Program-made: the position numbers and the translations under genes
Shown: positions 1 through 10,412 of the stretch, in pieces
Numbering within the stretch: position 1 is the first letter of the stretch
Layout: the number at the start of each line of letters is the position of its first letter
Source: Candidatus Eiseniibacteriota bacterium
Lineage (GTDB): Bacteria > Eisenbacteria > RBG-16-71-46 > CAZEPH01
Assembly (NCBI GenBank): GCA_044229145.1
Contig: JBGATO010000093.1
Coordinates: 1-13,015 of the forward strand
Direction: 5' to 3'
DNA length: 13,015 nt
Notes under the pieces: generated by a model
What the model was told of the DNA's origin: nothing
Database searches by the model: none
The model's input: the letters and a program-made list of their open reading frames with translations, nothing else

Positions 1-1
1 C

Positions 2-861
2 GCGACGCTGACCGCCATCAAGCAGCGCGTCCGCGCCGAACGGTTGCGCGTGACGATGGCCGCCAACGCCGCGATGGTGCTGCTCTATTGGGACATCGGC
101 CGGTTGATTCTCGACCGGCAGCAGAGCGCGGGCTGGGGCGCGCGGGTGGTCGACCGGCTCGCAGCGGATTTGCGCGAAGCGTTTCCGTCGATGAAGGGGT
201 ATTCAGCGCGCAATCTGCTCTTCATGCGTGGTTTCGCCGGGGCCTTTCCAGACGCGGAGAAAGTGAAACAGCGTGTTTCACAATTGCCGTGGGGCCACAT
301 CATTCACCTCGTTCAGCGCGTGAAGGACTCTCAGGCGCGGGAATGGTACATCCAGCAGGCTGTCGTGCACGGGTGGAGCCGGAGCGTGCTGGACCTCCAA
401 ATCCAATCGCACGCGCATCTGCGCCACGGCCAGGCGATCACCAACTTCCCCGAGACACTGCCGCCAGCCGGCTCCGACATGGCGGCGCAGGTGTTCAAGG
501 ACCCGTACCTGTTCGACTTCCTCGGCACGGCGGATCCGCGCCGCGAGCGCGAGATCGAGATGGCCCTCGTCGATCACATCCAGCGATTCCTGCTCGAACT
601 CGGCAGCGGCTTCGCGTTCGTCGGCCGGCAAGTGCATCTCGCCGCCGGCGACGCCGACTTCTACCTGGACCTGCTCTTCTACCACCTGCGCCTGCGGCGC
701 TTCGTGGTCGTCGAACTCAAGGCGGTGCCCTTCGATCCTGGGTTCGTCGGGCAGATGAATGTGTACCTCGCCGCCGTGGACGATCTGCTGCGCCATCCCG
801 ACGACAAGCCGGCGATCGGTCTGCCGAGGAGATCGAGGCGGAGTTGGAGCGGGAGGCGTAG
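2..861 (+). CDS. YhcG/DUF1016 family PD-(D/E)xK nuclease-domain protein; 5' partial, with an apparent deletion plus frameshift at about 820-826
   Basis: The frame is open from position 2 (ATLTAIKQRVRAERLRVTMAANAAMVLLYWDIGR). Family motifs: LYWDIG, GWGARVVDRLAADL, GYSARNL, LPWGH, WSRSVL, FKDPYLFDFLG, FLLELGSGFAFVGRQ, YLDLLFYHLRLRRFVVVELK, GQMNVYL. After DDKPAIGL the typical tail EEIEAELEREA* lies in another frame and ends at TAG 859-861. The ORF-track extension to 1039 is low-complexity and overlaps the convergent gene. Confidence 0.88.
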   Translation, partial: DADRHQAARPRRTVARDDGRQRRDGAALLGHRPVDSRPAAERGLGRAGGRPARSGFARSVSVDEGVFSAQSALHAWFRRGLSRRGESETACFTIAVGPHHSPRSAREGLSGAGMVHPAGCRARVEPERAGPPNPIARASAPRPGDHQLPRDTAASRLRHGGAGVQGPVPVRLPRHGGSAPRARDRDGPRRSHPAIPARTRQRLRVRRPASASRRRRRRLLPGPALLPPAPAALRGRRTQGGALRSWVRRADECVPRRRGRSAAPSRRQAGDRSAEEIEAELEREA

Positions 862-896
862 CGGCGCGAGCGAGACACGCGAGAGCGTGTGCCGGG

Positions 897-3943
<3,047 letters not shown>

Positions 3944-3957
3944 CCCCCGACTCTACC

Positions 3958-4875
3958 TCAATCGACGCGGACGAGTCTCCGCATCAGATGCGTTGCGCCG
4001 CTGGTCGCCCGAACCCAGTACACACCGCTGCCGGTCGGGCGGCCCTGACGGTCGCTTCCGTCCCAGACCAGCATGTGCGGACCCGCCGCGAGGACGCCGT
4101 GCATCACGGTGGCAACGTGCTGCCCGCGCACATCGAACACGGCGACGTCCACCTCGGCCCCGCGCGCCAGCGTCAGCGTGAGCCTCGCGGCGTCCCGCGA
4201 CCGCGTGAGGTTACTCACCACGAGATCGAGAGTGGGTACGCCAGGGGCGTCCGCGATCACCGTCGCCGCCACGCCGTACAGGACGACTTCATCCAGAAAC
4301 TGCGTGTCGGGTCCGAGCTGATACTCGGCGCGAATGAACAAGGTGGTGACCGCCGCGAGCACTTGCTGGAGTTCCGCTTGCGTCGCCACCGGGCCATTCA
4401 GGCCATCGCGATGCCATTCCGATTCGATCATCGGCACCACGTAGTGCGTGAAATCCGCCCCCGGGGCGCTCGCGAAATCATGCACTAGCGTGAGGCCACC
4501 GCCTTGGAGAATGACGTCCTCTTGGTGAAACGATCCATACCCGCTGCCTTGGTCAGCGATCCCGACGACCAGTGAATCGCCGTACGCCGCCGAGAGATCG
4601 CCATGAAACTTTGCCGGCGCCATCCAATACTGCGTGTTGCCGGTTGCGCCCCAGCCATCGGGATCGGAGAGCCGGATGAATCCGGGCGACGTCACCGGCG
4701 GATACGAACTCAACGGGATCGGCGGAATCGCGCTCGGCCACGGCAGCATCACGCTGATCCACCCTTCGGCGTCCCAGGTGAAGCGCGATTCCACGAGTTG
4801 CGCCTGCGCGGCGATGGCGGTGGCGAGAACGAGGACGACGACAGCAGCAGCGGCGAGGCGGCGAACGCGGGCCAT
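3958..4875 (-). CDS. Secreted protein with a laminin domain IV (laminin B)-like domain and a C-terminal FlgD-Ig/T9SS-CTD-like domain
   Basis: Signal peptide MARVRRLAAAAVVVLVLATAIAAQA. YWMAPAKFHGDLSAAYGDSL, DVILQGGGLTL and LQQVLAAVTTLFIRAEY resemble laminin IV motifs (from recall). Tail VFDVRGQHVATV...WDGSDRQGRPTGSGVYWVR. RBS-like GAGGT upstream of the ATG. Confidence 0.8.
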   Translation of the reverse strand: MARVRRLAAAAVVVLVLATAIAAQAQLVESRFTWDAEGWISVMLPWPSAIPPIPLSSYPPVTSPGFIRLSDPDGWGATGNTQYWMAPAKFHGDLSAAYGDSLVVGIADQGSGYGSFHQEDVILQGGGLTLVHDFASAPGADFTHYVVPMIESEWHRDGLNGPVATQAELQQVLAAVTTLFIRAEYQLGPDTQFLDEVVLYGVAATVIADAPGVPTLDLVVSNLTRSRDAARLTLTLARGAEVDVAVFDVRGQHVATVMHGVLAAGPHMLVWDGSDRQGRPTGSGVYWVRATSGATHLMRRLVRVD

Positions 4876-5096
4876 GATCGGACCTCAATCGAGGGGGAAG
4901 ACAGATCCGCGGCGCGGAAGGATCCCGCGGCGCGCGAGTCGTGCAGGGGAGTGCGTACGAATAACCGTAGCAAAGCGCCCGGAGCGCTCGGAGGTCTCCT
5001 GTGGTCGACGGGACGCATGGGGTATGTGGCCGGGCCGCGCGAGATCAGCGCGGGGACGCGCACTCCCGCACAGCGAGCTCCGAGGTGGACCGCCCC

Positions 5097-6620
5097 CTAG
5101 AAGCGTCCGACGAGGCGCAACTCGGCGCCCCGGAGGGCGGGCACGAGGTAACAACTGCCCGCGGTGCATGCCGGCCCGCCGCGGCGCTCGCCGGCAGTCA
5201 ACCGCAGGTCGTGACCGGCGCCGAGCGGCAGGCCCAGCGTGACCGCGGCGACCGTGCGCGCCGCGGTTTCGATCGCCGGCGTGTCGGCGTGATCGGTGAA
5301 TTCGGGATCGTTCGAGCGTTCGAGCGTGAGCGCGAGCGACAGGCCGCCCGGACGCGCGGCGCTGAGTGACAGGAGTGCGTCGGTGAACGGTGTCGCCGCG
5401 AAATCGCGACGGCCGCGGCTGGCTTCCGCGGTCACGGCAACCTCTGCGTCGCCCCGCGTGTGCTGCACCGCAACGCCAGCGGTGCTGCGGTGTTCGGCGA
5501 GCAAGCCCTCGTGGTGCCGGTCCGCGAAGACGGATCCGCTCCATGCGGCGCCGCGCGCCCACTGCCACTCGCCGAAGTACTCGTCGTAGCGGATCGGGCG
5601 CAGGCGGCCGGCGCCGGCGCTCAGGTGGCCATCACCGCGGCTCCAGTTGCCGGTGAGTGTTCCCCACGGCGCGGCGTACACGAGTTCAGCTTGGTGGCCG
5701 GTTTCGTCCTGCGCGTCGAGCACGTGGGTGCCGCGATTGAGCAGCGCCGCGGTGTGCTGGCGCACCAGCGAGGGCGGATCGTTCGCCCCGAGACGGAAGC
5801 CGCGGTAGTCCTTCACGGCGAGGGAGGCGGTGAGGCGGCCGGCGGCCCACACGCTGGCGGCGTGGAGCGCGTGCGGCGCGGCGCGGTCGCGAGTGAGCCA
5901 CGACCCGGCGGACAGATCGCGGCCGGCGTACTCGGCGCGCAGCGTCCAGGTGCCGGCCGCGTGCCCGGCCAGACGCGGCGGGTCGACCTGCGCGAAGGTC
6001 GACACGACCTCGGACTCTCGCGCGCCGCCGCCGGGAGCGATGCGCAGATACGTCGCGCCGAGCCGCGCGCCGGCGCCGGGCGTCACGGCGACCTCGCCGC
6101 CGGCCACCAGGCCGCTCTCGTGCGCGAGGTCACGCGGCGCCTCGGCGGCGCTCGGCGATCCCGCGAGCGCGGTGACCTCCCACGCACCGCGGCGCGCCAC
6201 CACCAGCGCCCCGTCGGCGTCGCGGCTGAAGGCGTGCTGCGTGCGCACACCGGGGTCCTCCAGCACGACACCCGGCACCTCGAACGCGCGGAACACCAAC
6301 CCGTCGCCGAGGATCGCGGTGAAGGTGCCGGCGCGGACACGCAGCCGATCGCCCTCGGCCCACTCGGCGTAGCGCTGGGTGAGCCGCGCATAGTCGGCGA
6401 GACCCTCGCTGGTCCGGTGCGCCTCCACCCGGCCGCCGATCCGCACGCGATCGACGCGCGCCGCCAGCGTGAGCTGGTCGTAGAGGCTCAGGCGATTGTG
6501 GGGCGACGTGAAGGGCACGTTGCCGGCGGCGCCCACCAGCAGGTGCGTGCCGCCGACCTGCGCGGCGGCGGCCGAGGCGGTCGTGAGGCAGGCGGCGGCG
6601 AGCGCCGCGATGCGCCTCAC
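5097..6620 (-). CDS. DUF6029-like outer-membrane beta-barrel protein (507 aa) with a C-terminal CxxxxC
   Basis: The likely start is GTG 6618-6620, overlapping the TlpA stop (GTGA), followed by signal peptide RRIAALAAACLTTASAAAA. Amphipathic beta-strand pattern. KDY...NDPPSLVRQH...LLNRGTH...DETGHQAE and terminal GGPACTAGSCYLVPALRGAELRLVGRF match my recall of DUF6029. Terminal Phe is typical of BAM substrates. Confidence 0.75.
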   Translation of the reverse strand: MRRIAALAAACLTTASAAAAQVGGTHLLVGAAGNVPFTSPHNRLSLYDQLTLAARVDRVRIGGRVEAHRTSEGLADYARLTQRYAEWAEGDRLRVRAGTFTAILGDGLVFRAFEVPGVVLEDPGVRTQHAFSRDADGALVVARRGAWEVTALAGSPSAAEAPRDLAHESGLVAGGEVAVTPGAGARLGATYLRIAPGGGARESEVVSTFAQVDPPRLAGHAAGTWTLRAEYAGRDLSAGSWLTRDRAAPHALHAASVWAAGRLTASLAVKDYRGFRLGANDPPSLVRQHTAALLNRGTHVLDAQDETGHQAELVYAAPWGTLTGNWSRGDGHLSAGAGRLRPIRYDEYFGEWQWARGAAWSGSVFADRHHEGLLAEHRSTAGVAVQHTRGDAEVAVTAEASRGRRDFAATPFTDALLSLSAARPGGLSLALTLERSNDPEFTDHADTPAIETAARTVAAVTLGLPLGAGHDLRLTAGERRGGPACTAGSCYLVPALRGAELRLVGRF

Positions 6621-7114
6621 CGGCGGCCCGCCGCGCGGATCACCGCCTCCACCACTGCCTTCTCCTCCCCCGCGCGGTAGCCTTGCTTCGCGTACACCAC
6701 GCTGCCGTCCGGTGCCACGACGAAGGTCGATGGGAAGGCGGCGACGAGGAAGCGTTCGGCCAGCGAACCGTCGTCGTCGGGCATCGCGTGGCCGGGCGCG
6801 CCGAACGATCGCCACGCGGCCACCGCTTGCGCACGCCCGCGCGGGCCGTCTTCGTTGACGGCGATCAAGGCGACGCTGTCACCCGCCGCGCGCACCACGG
6901 CGGCAAGCGCGGGCAACTCGTGCCGGCACGGTTTGCACCAGGTGGCCCAAAAGGTCACGACGACGGGGCCGCGTGTGCGCAGCGAGTCAAGGTCGACGAC
7001 GGCGCCGCGCAGGTCGTGGCCGCGCAACGCCGGCGCGCGTTCGAGTGCGGCCGCACCCGCCGGTCGCGCGGCCGCGAGCAGGAGGAGGGCGATCGCCGCC
7101 GCGCGCAGACTCAT
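6617..7114 (-). CDS. TlpA/ResA-like thiol-disulfide oxidoreductase (165 aa) with signal peptide
   Basis: ATG 7112-7114 overlaps the upstream stop (ATGA). Signal peptide MSLRAAAIALLLLAAARPAGA. APALRGHDLRG...VVVTFWATWCKPCRHELP; cis-Pro loop VAAFPSTFVVAPDG. The ORF-track extension to 8296 is spurious. Confidence 0.93.
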   Translation of the reverse strand: MSLRAAAIALLLLAAARPAGAAALERAPALRGHDLRGAVVDLDSLRTRGPVVVTFWATWCKPCRHELPALAAVVRAAGDSVALIAVNEDGPRGRAQAVAAWRSFGAPGHAMPDDDGSLAERFLVAAFPSTFVVAPDGSVVYAKQGYRAGEEKAVVEAVIRAAGRR

Positions 7115-7959
7115 CGCACCACCACCACGCGGCGCGTCTCCACCACCGCACCGCCCGGCGCGCGCAACCGCACCGCGTAGACGCCCGGCGCGACGCGGCG
7201 CCCGCGCGCATCGCGGCCGTCCCACGCCACGCTCACCGGCGCGCCGGCCGCCTCCACCGCGAACTGCCGCAACGCCGCGCCAGTCATCGACACCAGCTCC
7301 AGCGTACCGCGTGTCACGCCTTCGACCCGCAGCCGCAGCGGAGCGCCCGGCGCCAAACTCCCGGCGACGCGGATGTGCGGCGCCGCGGCCGGCACGTCCT
7401 CGGGACGCGTCTCGACATCGGTCTGGAGCAAGTCGTCGATGGTGGCGCGGATCGCCGTCAAATCGTAGCGGTTGGCCAGCGGCTGGCCGGTCGGCGAGAT
7501 GTAGCGGACGATGCCCTGCGTGTCGATCACCAGGAAGTTGTCGTAGGCAATGCCGTAGAGGGTCGACACATCTCCCGCGCTGAGGAGCAGCGGGAACGTC
7601 GCCCCGGTCTGGTTCTTGAAGGACGTCAGCTGCGACGACGACCCGTTCCAACAATCCGGGCCGAGGACCGCCACCGCCCCGGGATTGCTCGCCGCGTAGT
7701 ATTGCTGGATGTCCGCTTCCACCGACGGACCGTCGGCGATGCAGTACGGTCATCCATAGCCGAGCAGGAACAGCACGACGATGCGGCCGCGATACGCCGA
7801 GAGCGTCTGCGTCGCGCCGGTGAGGTCGGTCTTGGTGAAGTCCGGCGCGAGTTGGCCGACGCTGACGGCGGCGTGCGCCACGGTCGCGCTGCTCAGCGCG
7901 AGCACGACCACGCTGGCCAGCGCCGCGCGACGGACGTACGACGACGAGATCCGGAACAT
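7111..7959 (-). CDS. Probable selenoprotein: exported AhpC/TSA/TlpA-like redoxin with UxxC (Sec70-Pro-Tyr-Cys73) and a C-terminal FlgD-Ig-like domain, 282 aa
   Basis: ORFs 7750..7959 and 7111..7722 share a frame, separated only by TGA 7750-7752. Read-through gives signal peptide + VGQLAPDFTKTDLTGATQTLSAYRGRIVVLFLLGYG-U-PYCIADGPSVEADIQQ...TFPLLL...FLVIDTQGIVRY, a continuous redoxin fold, then WDGRDARGRRVAPGVYAVRL. SECIS-like hairpin follows the TGA. GGAG lies 6 nt upstream of the ATG. Confidence 0.87.
7719..7752 (-). promoter_or_regulatory. UGA plus bacterial SECIS-like stem-loop
   Basis: The mRNA reads UGA-CCGUACUGCAU (11 nt)-CGCCGAC-GGUCC-GUCGGUG: a 7-bp stem (one G-U, extendable by U-G and an inner G-C) with apical GGUC at +19..+22 after the UGA. 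This is the same offset and loop sequence as in the E. coli fdhF SECIS as I recall it. Confidence 0.8.
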
Positions 7960-8049
7960 GAGGGGCTCCAGGGTCGGGAGGCGGCGGCGAGCCGCCGCAT
8001 GGAGAGTCGGAATGCCGGCAGAGGGCGCGCGGTTCCCGCACGCAAGACG

Positions 8050-8078
8050 ATGGTGCCTGCCGGGCGATTTTCCTGCAA
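8050..8078 (-). promoter_or_regulatory. Possible sigma70-type promoter for the selenoprotein operon
   Basis: TTGCAG-17 nt-CACCAT on the minus strand, about 90 nt upstream of ATG 7959, in the divergent intergenic region. The -10 match is weak. Confidence 0.25.
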
Positions 8079-8141
8079 CCTTTCGGCGGTACTCGACTGT
8101 CTCCGCACACGTCCCCTAGTCCGAGCCCCCGAGGATCGCCC

Positions 8142-9276
8142 ATGCACTCTCGACTCGCCGCGGCCTGCGTCTGCGCCGCCCTCGCTCTGGCGTGCCGCGC
8201 CGGCGCGCAAGCGCCGCCTCCGGCCTCCCAGCCCGACCTTCCGCTCGACGCCGCCACGCGCCGCGTCGTCCTCGACTCCCTGTGCGCCGAGGTCACCCGC
8301 CACTACGTCTTTCCGGATCGCGCGCAACTCGCCGTCAAGGCGATCCGCCGGCGCGCCGCCGCGCACGCGTATGACGGCATCACCAGCTCGGCGGCCTTCG
8401 CCGACTCGCTCACCGCACACCTGCAGGCCGCGGTGCCCGACCTCCACCTCCGCGTGCACTACCGCTACGACCCGATCCCGCCGGCCACCGACGACGGCCC
8501 GCCACCGCCCGCAGAGTTGGCCAAGGCGCACGAGCAGGAGCGCCGCCGCAACTACGGCTTCGAGCGCGCCGAGCGCCTGCCCGGCAACGTCGGCTACCTC
8601 GACTTGCGCAGCTTTAGCGGCGATCCCGCCGCGCAACAGACCGCGGTCGCGGCGATGAATTGGTTGGGCAATACCGACGCCCTCCTCGTCGACCTGCGGC
8701 GCAATGGCGGCGGCTCCCCCGCGATGATCGCCACGCTGCTGACCTACTTCGTCGCCGAGGACGACCGCCTGCTCTTCAACACGTTCTACCAGCGCGAGGG
8801 CGACCGCACCGAGGAATGGTGGACATCACCGTACGTGCCAGGCGCCCGCTACACCGGCAAGCCGGTCTACGTGCTGACCAGCAATCGCACCGGATCGGCG
8901 GCGGAAGAATTCGCCTACGACGTGCAGACGCACAAACTCGGCACGCTGGTCGGCGCGGTCACCGCGGGCGGGGCGAATCCCGGTGGGCTATTTCGTCTGA
9001 ACGAGCACTTCGCGGCCTTCGTGGCCACCGGACGCGCGATCAATCCGGTGACCAAGACGAACTGGGAGGGCGTCGGCGTGAAGCCGGACACGCTGACCAG
9101 CGCCGGCGAGGCGCTGCGGGCCGCACACACGATGGCGCTGCGGGCGCTGATCGCCAAGGCGGGCGACGACCCCGAGCGCGCCGAGGCGTTGCGGCGTGCG
9201 CTGGCCGATGCCGCGGCGCGGCCGCCGGACGCAGAGGCCGACTTCGTAAAAGCCGCGCCGCCGGGCGAGCAACTAG
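8142..9276 (+). CDS. S41 family peptidase (IRBP/tail-specific protease-like), secreted; true 3' end probably TAG 9274-9276
   Basis: Signal peptide MHSRLAAACVCAALALACRAGA; HYVFPD, DLHLRV, GNVGYLDL, DLRRNGGG, VYVLTSNRTGSAAEEFAY (catalytic Ser region), GAVTAGGANPG, NWEGVGVKPD. As sequenced, the ORF runs to 9581, through a terminator and about 235 nt into the convergent gene. Removing one A from AAAA 9248-9251 gives DFVKPRRRASN*. Confidence 0.88.
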
Positions 9277-9291
9277 CCGGCGACATCCGGC

Positions 9292-9320
9292 ATAAAACGG
9301 CGGAGGCCGAAGCCTCCGCC
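9292..9320 (-). terminator. Rho-independent terminator of the M43 protease gene
   Basis: Minus strand GGCGGAGGC-UUCG-GCCUCCGCC-GUUUUAU: a perfect 9-bp stem with a C(UUCG)G tetraloop and a short U tract, 24 nt after the TAA at 9345. Confidence 0.8.
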
Positions 9321-9344
9321 CGTCGTCGTCTGGACTCGCGACGC

Positions 9345-10198
9345 TTACTTGCCGAAACGGTAGGTGCCGAACTGCGAGTCCATGCGGGTGTCCTGCCCCG
9401 CGGTGAACTGGTTCATGCACGCGTCGTCCGTGTAGTCCATGAAGTTGGTGATCGGGTCCGAGGCCGGCACCGGTGCAGGTTTCGGGGTCAGGTCTTGCAA
9501 CTGCAAGCGGCCGAGCGCTCGGCCGGCGTGTCGGTCACGCGGTCGTTCTGCTTGGTGCAGGCGCCCTGGAAGGTGTGGTAGAGCCCCATCCAGTGGCCGA
9601 TCTCGTGGGTCGCGGTGTCGCCGAGGTTGTACGGCGTGAAGTTCCCGCCCGGAAGAGTCTGGAAGTGGCACACCACGCCGTCCATCGTCGGCGCCGAGGC
9701 GTAGCTCGACGGGAACGTCGCCCAGCCGAGCAGACCGCTACCCATGTTGTTGGTGTAGAGGTTGAGATCGTCCGCCGTCCCCTTGTGCAGCGCGTTCTTC
9801 ATCGACGTCTCGCAGCTGCCACCGGTGCAGGTGTACCACGACGAGTTCGTGGTGCGGTCCACGCCCGCCAACTGGAACGTCCAGCCCCATGAACCGTACG
9901 AGGCGTTGAGCACCGCGATCTGGTCGTCGATCCACGACTGCGGGATGTCGCCGTTCGAGATGCCGGTGCCGTTGTTGATCACGTGGACGTAGACCGGGAT
10001 GGTGCCGCCGGTCACCGCCATGCTGTGCGGTTGGGCATCCTCGCGCAGCATCTCGACTTCGCTCGGAATCCGCGTGCCGCAGCGCGGCGAGCTCGGCGCG
10101 GCGCCCTCGGCGCGCGCGAGCCCCGCGGCGAAGGTCAGGGTGAGACCAGCTGCGGCGATCGTCGCCGACAGGGAAACGGTGCGAGAGAAGCGGATCAT
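9345..10198 (-). CDS. M43 (pappalysin/ulilysin-like) secreted zinc metalloprotease; locally disrupted at about 9459-9510
   Basis: Signal peptide, propeptide RCGT (cysteine-switch-like), [26 protein letters not shown], zinc motif [20 protein letters not shown]. The C-terminus [22 protein letters not shown] (Met-turn) is in another frame ending at TAA 9345. RBS GGAGG at 10207-10211. Confidence 0.92.
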
Positions 10199-10381
10199 GC
10201 GTCAGGCCTCCGTGTTGTCCGCCGCGGGTGCGGCGGGTTCGGCAAGACCCTTCCCCCCACGCAAGCACCGGCACAGGGCACGGCACGGCATGGAAGTGGG
10301 TCGAGGGGTTGCGACGGCTGGCAGGAATCGGCAGCCGGTCCGCGAAGGACGATCGAGTGGGGTGCAGGGTACGACTCGGCG

Positions 10382-10412
10382 AGCATACCGCGACGTGCGC
10401 CGAGGCGGGCAA
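10382..10412 (-). promoter_or_regulatory. Possible sigma70-like promoter for the M43 gene
   Basis: TTGCCC-19 nt-TATGCT on the minus strand. Good -10 but an over-long spacer. Confidence 0.2.

Noticed and set aside
6621..6815. Longer N-terminus for the barrel protein
   Set aside because: It overlaps TlpA out of frame; the GTG at 6620 directly precedes a signal peptide.
7115..8296. 559-aa version of TlpA
   Set aside because: The extension is Arg/Gly/Ala-rich shadow sequence overlapping the selenoprotein and S41 genes. The ATG at 7114 gives a signal peptide and an ATGA overlap.
9488..9490. TGA after CSCKT in the M43 gene as Sec
   Set aside because: Read-through does not restore the conserved C-terminus, which is in another frame. 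Better explained by indels.
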